A stretch of DNA of 57,940 bases from Neoechinorhynchus agilis (GCA_051530055.1 JBMGUZ010000014.1:1-57940); one strand, 5' to 3'. Counted from the first letter of the stretch, positions 46,010 through 57,940 are shown. The notes: generated from the letters alone by a model not told the origin. Made by a program: numbers and translations.

Positions 46010-48315
46010 AAAGATCTTCGCCGGACTTAAAATCTTAAGCGGCAAGTAAGTGAAGTGCTTTTGATAGAGCGTCACGTGGTTATCTTACTCGACGGGGTCT
46101 GAGCTCTTCTGTCTACGTCGTTCGCAGAGCACAGCCCTTTTAACCCGTGCCAATTCACGCTCCCAAATGTTATCTTTATTTTTAATTTAAAGTCGCTCCT
46201 GGGGGTTATTGACACCCCTAAACACGTTTTTTTAAGTCTCCGCGAGATTTGCTTCGTCTTTCAGCGAGACGCAGTTTTTTCGACGCTTCTTCCGTGTTTC
46301 TGTGACGTGATTTAGAAATTTTATTTACGTATTTTATCAATTTAATAGGGTCTCCGATAGGAATTTCTCGTAGATTTTAGATAATTAATAACAGTTTTAT
46401 TTTCTTTTAAGCTTTTATCCAGTTCTTATGAGTTCCTCAATAGACCGCCAGACTCCTGCTCTCTCGATGATCGAAGATGGTTATCCGATCACGGCCGAAA
46501 ATAACTTAGAATGTATTCTGTGCAATTTTCAGGCTATGGGCAGAACGAGGCACAGTCTCTTTCTTGAGCATATGAAAGAAAGTCATGCGCGAGGGCCAAT
46601 CTCATGGGTGTGTAAAATCTGCAACAATTTTCGGAGCGCAGCCCCAGGAAGCGTTGGAGCGCATACTCGCCAATGCAAGATTCTTAATGTCTCTGCATAT
46701 AGAGAGATCTTGAGAAAAATTGAGGAGGGTAACAAAACCTTTCCAGTGCTCAATGAGGCCGCAATTACCTACGCAGGGGGAACTTCACCAGCCGTCTGCC
46801 CGAGCTGCGATGAAAAAATTTTGGGTCGTGGGCAGTACAATTCTCTGGAAAACCACCTTAGAGTATGCCATTTGGCGAAGAGTATCACGTATATTTGCGC
46901 CCTCTGTAACACCCACTCCACTGCTTCGATTTACTCCGCCAGAGCGCATTATTCACAGTGCTTTAAGCGAGTTAAGGTAAAAGACGCGGACACTGGGGTA
47001 ACAACAAGTGAAGCCCAAGAAAGGAAAGACGGTTTATTTTGCGATAGGACCACTTACTGTGTCAGTGAGCACGCGGAAAGACCGGATATTTATGCCCCCG
47101 AAGAGGATGCCGTTGTCTCTCGTAGTGCAAGCCTCCCCAGCACGGAAAAAACACATTTATTCGGGGACGGGACTCATTTGTCTGACGGTCGCGACCCCAG
47201 TACACATGCGCGCGATGCTGCTGAGCAGGGTGTGGAGAGCCGTGAGCTGTCCTGCCCGCCGGTCGGCTTTGTGCCGTCTGCAGGTCACCTTCGTGAGTTC
47301 GTAGAGGTGCTGCAAGGTCCTACTTCCACTTCGCCACGCGAGTCGCGGAATATCTCGAGTCGACTTTTCGATTCTGTCGCGTCTGCAGCGCACATTTGGC
47401 TTGAAAACAGTGACGAGTTGTCGACTCCTTGGGTGCGACGTCCCGATTCTTTGGCGTCCAGTTTTTCGACAGGCGGTACGCTAATTGAACATGGAGAGAG
47501 AAATGAATCACAATTTAGTATCGAAGAGGCTTATGAGGGCGTCGTGAAGTCTCTTAAAAAGAATGGCCTTCACCCCCGATATAGGTTCTATCTGGAAACG
47601 GAGCGCAACGTCTTACGCCATTCAGAAGGACCGATCGATAAAGGCTTTGTCGAGATGGCTGCTACACGGTATGAAGATTACCTAAGATGCGGACGCAGTA
47701 AGGTGAGTCCCGAAGTCTCGAAAGCCAGACAAGCCGGCCTTAGAATAATCAAATTGAGAAGAGTTGCAACACAATCGCTTTGCGCGATCGCGTACCATGT
47801 CTACCGAAACCCAGCACGATGGAAGAAAGTCTCTGAAAAATTGGTCAGTGAGATTAACAGTAACATAGGATACTATCGTTTGATAGCTAATAATGTAGCT
47901 TAAGGATGATTCTAACTGGAGGCCCATAACCATATCTTCGCTGTTAATGAGAATTCTTCATCGCGTGATCTTAGCTAGGCTTAAGAAACAGGTCAGTCTC
48001 CACAAATCTCAGACAGGATCGGAAAATACAGCATGCATTTCAAACATACTCGTTCTGCGCGACATGCTGAAACAAAAGAGGGCACAACAAAAACCAATGG
48101 CAGTAGCCATGCTGGATATCAGGGCCGCTTTTGATACAGTATGTCACAAAACAATCGAAAAGGCGTTGAGAGATCACAACTGTTCGAACTATTTAAGCCG
48201 ACATTTGATGAACGTTTTCACCTCATCCTATACGCGAATCCATCTTCCAGGATCAAGCCCTTCGCAGCCTATTAGGTTTGACCAAGGCGTCAAGCAAGGA
48301 GATCCGCTTTCGCCG
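46010..48315 (+). mobile_element. R2-like family C 5' part (putative 5' UTR, 4 ZF, HPRY helix, partial OTU-like) plus an RT motif 2-4 fragment
   Basis: ORF 46428-47903 stops inside the OTU-like domain; then NWRPITISS...LDIRAAFD...QGDPLSP (47905-48315). Confidence 0.88.
46428..47903 (+). CDS. N-terminal 491 aa of an R2-like protein (truncated)
   Basis: CILC..H....H, CKIC..H...C, CPSC..H....H, CALC..H...C; LHPRY; GLRIIKL..AIAYHVY. Confidence 0.85.
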   Translation: MSSSIDRQTPALSMIEDGYPITAENNLECILCNFQAMGRTRHSLFLEHMKESHARGPISWVCKICNNFRSAAPGSVGAHTRQCKILNVSAYREILRKIEEGNKTFPVLNEAAITYAGGTSPAVCPSCDEKILGRGQYNSLENHLRVCHLAKSITYICALCNTHSTASIYSARAHYSQCFKRVKVKDADTGVTTSEAQERKDGLFCDRTTYCVSEHAERPDIYAPEEDAVVSRSASLPSTEKTHLFGDGTHLSDGRDPSTHARDAAEQGVESRELSCPPVGFVPSAGHLREFVEVLQGPTSTSPRESRNISSRLFDSVASAAHIWLENSDELSTPWVRRPDSLASSFSTGGTLIEHGERNESQFSIEEAYEGVVKSLKKNGLHPRYRFYLETERNVLRHSEGPIDKGFVEMAATRYEDYLRCGRSKVSPEVSKARQAGLRIIKLRRVATQSLCAIAYHVYRNPARWKKVSEKLVSEINSNIGYYRLIANNVA

Positions 48316-49189
48316 TGCGAGGTGCTAACTTGAAGAAGGCCTGGGAAGGGGCCGCGACTCAATCTCTAGGTGCTCAACACTTCTGGGATGGAAACTTTGA
48401 TCGCCGCCTGATCAGTTTCAGGTATCGTCAAAGCCGCCACAAGGAATACGTCGAAAACGTTAAGATGCGATATCAGCTTCTAGAGGTTGGTACAGTGCTT
48501 TCCAAGCTGGACAAAAATAGAACGAGGAAATGCCGACATTGTTGCGTAGCAGATGAATCGTGCCTTCACGTGCTTAATGAATGCAACTACATCACGAGGG
48601 CAATGATATCACGTCATGATGCAGTGCAAAAGCGTCTCGTTTGGTCGATTAAAAGACGAAATCCTGCTTTTGAAGTCATGACCGAAAACAGAATACATGA
48701 TCCTGGGGGAAATCTACACAAACCCGACCTCATCATTGTTGATCGGGAAAATGGCAGGATAACAATTGCCGACATCGCAATCTACTACGAAACGAACATC
48801 AATCGTGGAGAGGAAATAACAAAACAAAAAGAAGAAAAGTACCTCCCAATTTGTGATGTAGTAGCTGCGCAATACAACGTAGAGGAACGCAACGTAGAAA
48901 CGCTAGGCATTGCAGTCGGCTCAAGAGGGAGCTTTTCAAAAACACTATTAAGAAGACTGCGTTCACTCAATTTAAATACTGGGTGCGCAATAAATATGGC
49001 GCAAACGGCTGCTGCGAAGTCCATAGAAATTTTCCACATCTTCATGAACCGCACGCAACACAAATGAAGTAAACACACAAAGATTAGTATTCTTATGATA
49101 AACAACAACCTTATTAGAAAAATCTCTACTAAAACGTTCGATGTAAAATAACTATAAGAGCGCTGACGTTACTCTAATAAATTTGTGAC
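48316..49189 (+). mobile_element. Family A 3' part (CCHC plus RLE) with an alternative C-terminus and 3' UTR (A')
   Basis: Near-identical to 3463-4144 up to 48998, then unrelated except for the terminal CTAATAAATTTGTGAC|TAGCC. Confidence 0.92.
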
Positions 49190-49221
<32 letters not shown>

Positions 49222-49265
49222 TGCATGAATGGATTATTGAGATTCCTACTGTCCCTGTCTGCAGC

Positions 49266-49299
<34 letters not shown>

Positions 49300-49306
49300 G
49301 AGTAAC

Positions 49307-49344
<38 letters not shown>

Positions 49345-49426
49345 AGTCTCTGTGAAGAAACATGATGGGCGTAGAATAGGTGGGAGGCCGCGCCGGTGAA
49401 ATACCACTACCATCATTGTTTCTTTA
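49190..49426 (+). rRNA. 28S: 28S rRNA fragment starting at the R2 site
   Basis: TAGCCAAATGCC...TTTCTTTA; same breakpoint as the other two short fragments. Confidence 0.95.
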
Positions 49427-50940
49427 TAAATAGTAATGTAATTTCAGTCAATTTTAACGATTTCAATAGCTTCAGTTTTATTGGCATTCTCGAAGGAGAA
49501 AGTGGCTTGCATCGTTTATGAGAGATCTAGGCAAAAGCGGCGTTAACGCAGAGTACGAAAAAAAATGGCGGAGGCAAAAACACAGGCAAACGGATATCAG
49601 GCCTTTACCAACGGATTCGCAGACCCAAAAATGTTATCATTCAGATACAGACAGGGCCATCACAGGCAATACACGGAATTGATAAAAATGCGAGCTGAAC
49701 TTCTAGAGGTTGGTGCCGTTATGGCAAGGATCTCAAACAATAGGACAAAAGCCTGTCGCCATTGCGCCCATCAAACAGAAACGTGCTTGCACGTAATTAA
49801 TCAGTGTGACTTCTCGACGGAAGCAATGATTAAAAGACACGACGACGTCGTGAAAGTCTTTATAGGCGCACTAAATGCAGTTGAAGCAAAATCCGCCAAA
49901 AGAGATTCAATCCGAGGCATCAGTTACACCGTCGATAGAAAAAATCACATTATGGACGACGGCGGCAACTTACACAAGTCCGACCTCATTGTGAGGACAA
50001 ACATAAATGATCGGGTTTATATAGTAGATGTGGCGGTCTACTATGAGACCTCATTGGAACGGGCAGCAGTTATGGCGAAGATGATATTTTGTTAGTCAGT
50101 AAGGATAAGGCCGGACTTCAGAATAAGCTCGATGTTGCGGTTACAGAATTGCGAAGCATCGGATTGTCCTTCAATCCAGCAAAATGCGTTTCGTACAGCC
50201 ACAGATTTTGTCAAGGCTTCAAGTCTCGGCCTCAAAATTATAAAGCTAAAGAAAAATTCAACAATGGTACTGGTGACCGCCGCCTTTCTCGTCCTCGAGA
50301 AACCTACACAATGGAGGAGAGTAAAGGACCGCAGCTTGGACCCTGTTTCACTTCATATAGTAAAAATGATTCTTGATGCAAATCTCACATTAAATGACAC
50401 ACTGGATGCTACTAAAAATTACAACGAACTATCAGTTCACTTCATCTTGAGGGCCGCAGCGACTGCCTATCAATGCAATTTTGTCGGGCAAACTCCAAGC
50501 GACGATGTTCCTCTTCGAATTCGATCTCGCACAGCCACGAATTCATCGTTTGGATTAATGAGTCAGGTACTTATCCCTGCGAAAGTTCTCGAGGCCTCAA
50601 ATCAAAGCAGTCACACGACCCTATTAAAAGACGTTAACCTTCTAAACGACTATGCAATTCCATCCTTAATGGTTAAGCTCGAAGCCTCATGCGACATCGT
50701 CCCGCTAATCTCAGACGTAAAGACGAGCAATGGAGGTGCAGACTAAAGAAGATTCTTAAACTTACAAGGAACTTAGGCGAAGGAGCTTTCGATGAGTGTG
50801 AGCTGAGTCTAATCTCTCCAAGCAATGCTTTAGTGTGGTAGATGAATAAAGCAAAAATAACTTCCATTCAAGGTACAGATGCTTTCTGGAGACGGAGAGC
50901 GATATCCTCCATCGATCAGAAGGCTCCATTGATAGGGAAA
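49427..50940 (+). pseudogene. Scrambled R2-like cassette (family D), copy 3
   Basis: ORFs 49565-50095 (CCHC/RLE), 50089-50376 (RT 5-7) and 50132-50746 (OTU-like, thumb). Confidence 0.88.
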
Positions 50941-52069
50941 ATACGTTTCCAACAAATTACTTACGTTCACAGACGCTCAAAGATGCCTTCATAAGCCCAT
51001 AGCTCCAAAATCGCTCATTTCATAGGCGAACAAAAAAGAACGATACAGGAACATGGAGGCAGCTATAGGAAACAGGCAGCAATTTATAATGTGCAGAAAA
51101 CGAAAGAATTATTGTTTGCGTAATCACTATTTTATACACTGTTTTTTAATCGAAAAATAATTTATGAGGAGTAATCCATGAAATAATGACTTAAACATGC
51201 AGATAGCTCTGAAAATGAACATAAGGAATGTGGTCAGTTTTCATTTGTTACTTTTCACATTCACCACCCCCAAACACCCCCACACACCACACCACCCACA
51301 ACAAACCTCGAGTCTAGGTTCTCCTCCAATTTTCAAACATATGTAATGTGCTTTTCAAATTTTAAATCAATCATATCGTCTTCTTAAGTGCTTTTTAATG
51401 TTCATTATTGAATTGACGGAAAGTTTTAAGTTTCTCAAATGAAAATTTACAATCGATTTTTAAAGCTGGTAGAATAAAAAATTCAATCAGATGAATCGAT
51501 TAGTGCCGTAATTAGATACGTTAAAAACCACTACGTTTTGAAAAAGGATGCAGCATCCAAAAATTTGCAACCTATCTTTGCCGTGGAGAATGACAAGCGG
51601 CCACCTTATCTTAAAAAGGTTCACTTAATCTCGGAGAAGAGATCCCAGTAAGGGCTAGGCATAGCATATGAGCTACGACGTGAATGAGTGCTTATAAATG
51701 ACGTCAGTCGAAGCTCTCGGAACCCGCTAAGAATTGATGACTAGATTTGTTGTCGACGTTTCGTGAAATTAACTACATCATTGAAAGTTAAAAAGTGCTG
51801 AACATTAGCTGATTGAACGTGTTTTGTTTCGATTGAATTGTATCATAAAAAGAGCCTTGTGACGCTAGCAAAATTACATTGCAGCACGATGTCAAAAACC
51901 TGGGCATACATCAGGAAACCAATGTAAGGGTTAGGTTTAGTATATAAGCTATGACGAGAGGAAGGCTTGTTGATAACTTCAAGTAAAGCTCTCTTAGCGG
52001 GCAGAGAAGCTTTTAAAACGTTCAATGATCCAATAACTTGAAAAATGAGCAACGTCCGCCGTTTATCCG

Positions 52070-53700
52070 TCATCAGTTTAAAAATAAGAACACGTACTCA
52101 TGCAATATCTTCCAATTTTGGGAAAATAATAAACAGCAATACAGAAATCGACAGCAGCTTTTTATTCTTGCTTTAGTCTTTTCGTTGTTTTTAACAAAAG
52201 CATGACGTCATCAGTTCAAAAATTAAAACACGTGATCATGCAATGTCTTCTGATTTTGAGAAAATGACAAACAGAAAAACATAAATCCACCGAAGTTTTT
52301 CAGTGCTGCTTCCTTTTCGTAGTTTATGTCGAAAGCATTACGTCATCAGTTTAAATATAGAACACATGATCATGCAATATTTTCATATTTATTGCAAATA
52401 ACATGCAAGAAAACAGAGATCGACTGCGGTGTTTTATTGGTGCTTTAGTTTTTTCGTTTTTTACATCGAGAACATGACTCGATCGGCCTAAAGATTAGAA
52501 CACGTGCCATGCAATATCTTCTCATTTTGAGCAAATAACATACAGGAAAACAAAATTGAGCGCAGTATATTATTGCTCCTTTACTTTTCTCGTTGTTTAT
52601 ATCGAAAACAAGTTACCTCCGCTGTTTGCTCGTTGCAAAAACGTCATCAGTTTAAAAATTGAAAAAGGTGCTCATTCAATATCTTCTGATTTATAGCAAA
52701 TAACATACAGGAAAACAGAGATCGACGGCAGTGTTTTATTGCTTTATTTTTTCGTTGTTTGTGTCGAAAACTTGACGTCATCTGCTTAAAAATTAGAACC
52801 TATGCTCATGAGATATCTCCTGATTTTGAGCAAATAACATAAAGGAAAACAGAATTCGACTGCGGTATTTTGTTGCTTCATTTTTGGTTGTTTGTATTGA
52901 AAACACGTTGAATCATAAATGGTTCACCATTAAGGCAGCATTAGTTACGTCTGCCGCTTACTCGTATAAAAACGTAAAAAGTTCAAAAATTAACACACGT
53001 GCTCAAGCAATATCTTCTCATTTCCAGCAAACAACATACAGGAAAACAGAGATCGACGGCAGTATTCATTTTATTTTTTCGTTGTTTGTGTCGAAAACAT
53101 GACGTCATCTGCTTAAAAATTAGAACCTATGCTCATGACTCCTGATTTTGAGCAAATAACATAAAGGAAACAGAATTCGACTGCGGTATTTTGTTGCTTC
53201 ATTTTTGGTTGTTTGTATTGAAAACACGTTGAATCATAAATGGTTCACCATTAAGGCAGCATTAGTTACGTCTGCCGCTTACTCGTATAATCGTATAAAA
53301 AACGTAAAAAGTTCAAAAATTAACACACGTGCTCAAGCAATATCTTCTCATTTCCAGCAAACAACATACAGGAAAACAGAGATCGATGGCAGTGTTTTAT
53401 TGCTTTATTTTTTCGTTGTTTGTGTCGAAAACATGACGTCATCAGCTTTAAAATTAGAACACGTGCTCATGCAATATCTTCCGATTTCGAGCAAATAACA
53501 TACAGGAAAAAACCACTAATCCACTTAATCCACTGCAGTGTTTTATTTGTGCTTTAGTTTTTTAGCTCTTTAAATCGTAAATATGACGTCATTAGCTTAA
53601 AAATTCGAATATGTGCTCATGACACATGATATATCCTCTGATTATGATCAAATAACATACAGGAAAACAGAAATCGACTGCAGTGTTTTTATTGCTGTGC
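52070..53700. repeat. ~133-bp degenerate tandem array, third copy with an internal ~320-bp duplication
   Basis: Matches 7050-8345; ORF starts 52884 and 53205 (MVVCIENTLNHK) mark the duplication. Confidence 0.85.
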
Positions 53701-54495
53701 GGACATAAAATCATCAAAGAAAAGCTTAAGAAGATCTTTATGGAGCCGATTGGAAAGTTCAATAAAATATACTGTGTTTTGGATAGGCTTAGGGATAAGC
53801 TGATTTTAGGTAAAGATAAAATCAGATATTCAACACATTGTTTGATTAGGAGTTTCATCTTAGCCACCCTGTGGGTTTTAATTACAAAAGTTATGTGGAA
53901 TTATTGTTTAGGTTTAAACCCGGTAAATGATTACTTATTAACGACGTTTCCAACCTCGTCGGCTTCATCTTCCGTTTGTTTGTTAACATGTCAGTGATGC
54001 ATTAATTTTAAAATTTTGTGTTAGGTATTGGGGAGGCAGTAGATATAAAATAGGATAAAGCGGCGAACACTGCGGTACGCCATTCAGAAGATATTATAAC
54101 GTTTTTGAGGTGGCATGGTCGTAATAGAAAGGCACCAGTTTTGCAAAAAGTAAATAGAATCCTGCGACAGAAGATTAAAAAATTTGGTGCCAGTGATGCT
54201 ATTAGAAGAGGATAATTTTTGATTCATCGGCCATACTTTTAGGATGTCATTAAGAATCCGATCAGAACGGATTGCTATTAGCCTGCGAAAAACTATGGAT
54301 GGCCTATTGCACTTAGCACAACTTATTGAGTGAAATTCAAATACTGTTCCAAGAATATTATCTAACGTGATGGATTTTTGACAGTTTGAAAGTTTCGGCT
54401 TCCAGTTGGTGAAATTTATCTTAGATAAAACGTTTCACCACCTAGGGGAAAAGTTCACGGTTTCTAAAAAAGCACTTTCATGTCTTTGTTGCTAC

Positions 54496-57400
54496 ACTTA
54501 GTTTTAGGATTGAAGTTCATAAAAGAACCCTGAATAAAATCTGTTGTGCTCGAAAGTTGTTACGAAATAATAAAACATTTTGAGGATGTCTAATGCGCGG
54601 ATTTCAATGGCGTTATCTAATTTGAATGAATCTATCAAATTTAAATATCTTTCAGTCTTGTGAATATTGACCATATATTCTAATGCGATATCCGATGCGA
54701 ATATTACAGCTGTAGTGTACGGAATCAGTTAATTTAGTACATCTTTACACGCTGATTCCAAACCTGTATCCAGGTTTGCGATAGCTTTAATGGTTCGTAA
54801 GTTATTCGTTGTTAAATTTTTAGACAAACTACCTTGATTATTGATATTAAAACGTCAATAAATTTAAGATCAAATTAGCTTTTCTAGATCTACTTTTGAC
54901 GCTGAATTCACATGCAATAGCAGTTTGATGTGGCTTTTTAAACTTTTACACTCAGTTTAAGGATTGAAGTTCATAAAAGACACCTGAATTAAATCTTTGG
55001 TACTCGTAAATTTTTACGAAATGATATAACATTTGAAGCATATCTAATGCGCTGATTTCAATGGTGTTATCTAATTTAAATGAATCTTGCAAATTTAGTG
55101 ATCTTTCACTCCTTTGACTATTGACAAAATATAATAATGCGATTTCCGATTCGAATATTGCAGCTGTAGTTTACAAAGTGAAATAATTTAGCACATTTTA
55201 ACGCGCTGATTCCAAATCTGTATCCAAATTTGCAATAGCTTTAATGGTTCTTGAGTTATTCGTTGTTAAATTTTGGGAAAAACTACCTTGATTATTGATA
55301 TAAAAACGTCAACGAATTTAAGATCAAATTAACTTTTCTAGATCTACTTTTGACGCTGAGTTCACCTGCAATAACAATTTTATGTTGCTTTTTAAACTTT
55401 TACACTTAGTTTTAGGATTGAAGTTCATAAAAGACATCTGAATTAAATCTGTGGTACTTGTAAGTTGTTACGAAATGATACAACATTTTGGGCATATCTA
55501 ATGCGCTGAAATCAATGGTGTTATCTTATTTTAAAAAATCTTGCAAATTTAGTGATCTTTCAATCTTGTGACTATTGACCAAATATGATAATGCGATTTC
55601 CGATTCGAATATTGCAGTTGTAGTTAAGGATGTCAGTTAATTTAGTACACCCTAATGCGCTGATTCAAAATCTGTATCCAAATTTGCGATGGCTTTAATG
55701 GTTCTTGAGTTAATCGTTGTTAAATTTTGAGACAAACTACATTGATTATTGATATTAAAACGCCAATCAATTTAAGATCAAATTAACTTTTCTAGATCTA
55801 CTTTTGACGCATAATTCACCTCCAATAACACTTTGATGATGCTTTTTAAACTTTTACACTTAGTTTAAGGATATAAGTTCATAAAAGACACCTGAATTAA
55901 ATCTATGGTACTCGTAAGTTGTTACGAAATGATAAAACATTTTGAGCATATCTAAATCGCTGATTTCAATGGTGTTGACCAATTTTAATTAACCTTGCAA
56001 ATTTTGTGATCTTTCACTCTTGTGAATATTGGCAAAATATAACAATGCGATTTCCGATGCGAATATTACAGCTGTCGTGTAAGGAATCAGCTAATTTAGT
56101 ACATCTTAACGCGCTAATTCCAAATCTGTTTTCGGATTTTCGATAGCTGTCATTGTTCTTGAGTTATTCGTTGTTGGATTCTAAGACAAACTACCTTGAT
56201 TATTGATATAAAAACATCAATCAATTTAAGATCAAATTAACTTTTCTGTATCTACTTTTTACGCTGGATTCACCTGCAACAACAGTAATATGTTACTTTT
56301 AAAATTTTGACACTTAGTTTAACGATTGAAGTTCATAAAAGACTCCTGAATTAAACCTGATATGCTCGAAAGTTGTGACGAAATGAAAAAACATTTTGAG
56401 CATAAATGATGCGCCGATTTCAATGGTGTTATCTAATTTTAATGAATCTTGCAAATTTAGTCATCTTTCACTCTTGTTAATATTGGCAAAATATGATAAT
56501 GCGATTTTCGATGCGAATATTACATCTGTAGTATAAGGAATCAGTTAGTTTAGTACATCTTAACGCGCTTATTCCAAATCTGTTTTTAAGTTTGCGATAG
56601 CTGTCATGGTTCTTGAGCAGGTTGTTAGATTTTGAGACCAGCTACCTTGATTATTGATATTAAAACATCAATCAATTTAAGATCAAATTAACTTTTCTAG
56701 ATCTACTTTTGACGCTGAATTCACCTGCAACAACAGTTTGATGTTACTTGTTAAATTTTGACACTTAGTATAAGGATTGAAGTTCATAACAGACTCCTGA
56801 ATTAAACCTGTGGTGCTCGAAAGTTGCTACGAAATGAAAAAACATTTGGAGCATATCTGATATGCTGATTTCAATGGTGTTATCTAATTTTAATGAATCT
56901 TGCAAATTTAGTTATCTTCCACTCTTATGAATATTTGCAAAATATGATAATGCGATTTCCGATGCGAATATTACAGCTGTAGTGTAAGGAATCAGCCAGT
57001 TTAGTACATTTTAACGCGCTGATTCCAAATCTGAATTCGTATTTGCGATAGCTATCATGGTTCTTGAGTCATTGGTTGTTAGATTTTGAGACAAACTACC
57101 ATGATTATTGATATTAAAACATCAATCAATTTAAGATCAAATAAACTTTTCTATATCTACTTTTGACGCTGAATTCACCTGCAACAACAGTTTGATGTTA
57201 CTTCTAAAATTTTAACACTTAGTTTAACGATCGAAGTTCATAAAAGACTCCTGAATTAAACCTGATGTGCTCGAAAGTTGTGACGAAATGAAAAAACATT
57301 TTGAGCATATCTGATGCGCCGATTTTAATAATGTTATCTAATTTTAATGAATCTTGCAAATTTAGTTATTTTTCACTCTTGTGAATATTGGCAAAATATG

Positions 57401-57940
57401 ATAATGCGATTTCCGATGCGAATATTACATCTGTAGTATAAGGAATCAGTCAGTTTAGTACATCTTAACGCGCTAATTCCAAATCTGTTTTCGGATTTTC
57501 GATAGCTGTCATGGTTCTTGAGTTATAGGTTGTTAGATTTTGAAACAAACTACCTTGATTATTGATATAAAAACATCAATCAATTTAAGACAAAATTAAC
57601 TTTTTGTATATCTAATTTTGACGCTGAATTCACCTGTAACAAACGGTTTGATGTTACTTGTTAAATTTTAACACTGAGTTTAAGGATTGAAGTTCATAAA
57701 AGACTCCATAATTAAACCTGTGGTGCTCGAAAGTTGTTACAAAATGAAAAAACATTTTGAGCATATCTGAAGCGCATATTTCAATGGTGTTATCTACTTG
57801 TAACGAATCTTGCAAATTTTTTGATCGTTCACTCTTGTGAATATTAGCAAAATATTATAATGCGATTTCCGATGCGAATATTACAGCTGTAGTGTAAGGA
57901 ATCAGTTACTTTAGTACATCGTAACTCGCTGATTCCAAAT
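54496..57940. repeat. AT-rich satellite, ~454-bp unit, ~7.6 copies, running off the window
   Basis: ACT(T/C/G)AGT...GAAGTTCATAAAAGA units start at 54496, 54950, 55404, 55858, 56312, 56763, 57217 and 57673. Confidence 0.95.

Noticed and set aside
46060-46230. Possible HDV-like ribozyme in the family C 5' UTR
   Set aside because: Hairpins and a GGGG..CCCC-TAA element exist, but I could not build a consistent P1/P2/P3/P1.1 pseudoknot; needs an RNArobo or Infernal search.
51260-51310. C/A-rich tract as an interstitial telomere
   Set aside because: No exact repeating unit.

Overview
This is eukaryotic nuclear DNA: a degraded, rearranged rDNA locus saturated with non-LTR retrotransposons, ending in a 454-bp satellite array. 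An embedded mitochondrial fragment (nad5-trnL2-trnP-cob, TGA=Trp, T-armless tRNAs, GT-rich) points to an invertebrate host, plausibly an acanthocephalan. The main system is a set of several highly diverged R2-like (RT plus restriction-like endonuclease) families whose 3' ends sit at the canonical R2 site of 28S (four junctions). One copy (1-4315) has an uninterrupted ORF. The architecture is atypical for R2: four zinc fingers arranged as two CCHH-CCHC pairs, no recognisable Myb domain, and an OTU-protease-like domain lacking catalytic residues inserted before the RT. All four 3' ends finish in AATAAA-N8 with no poly(A). One 28S copy is split at the R2 site by ~10 kb of co-oriented foreign DNA: mtDNA, LINE pieces, a near-complete APE-LINE with a (TAA)n tail, and a truncated R2-like 3' end. 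Positions 4316-26176 form a ~22-kb inverted repeat with a 114-bp spacer. The minus-strand rDNA (28S 3' half, IGS, ETS, 18S, 28S middle) lacks 5.8S, ITS2 and the 5' part of 28S. All calls are by eye; family labels A-F are mine, and boundaries of degenerate pieces are approximate.
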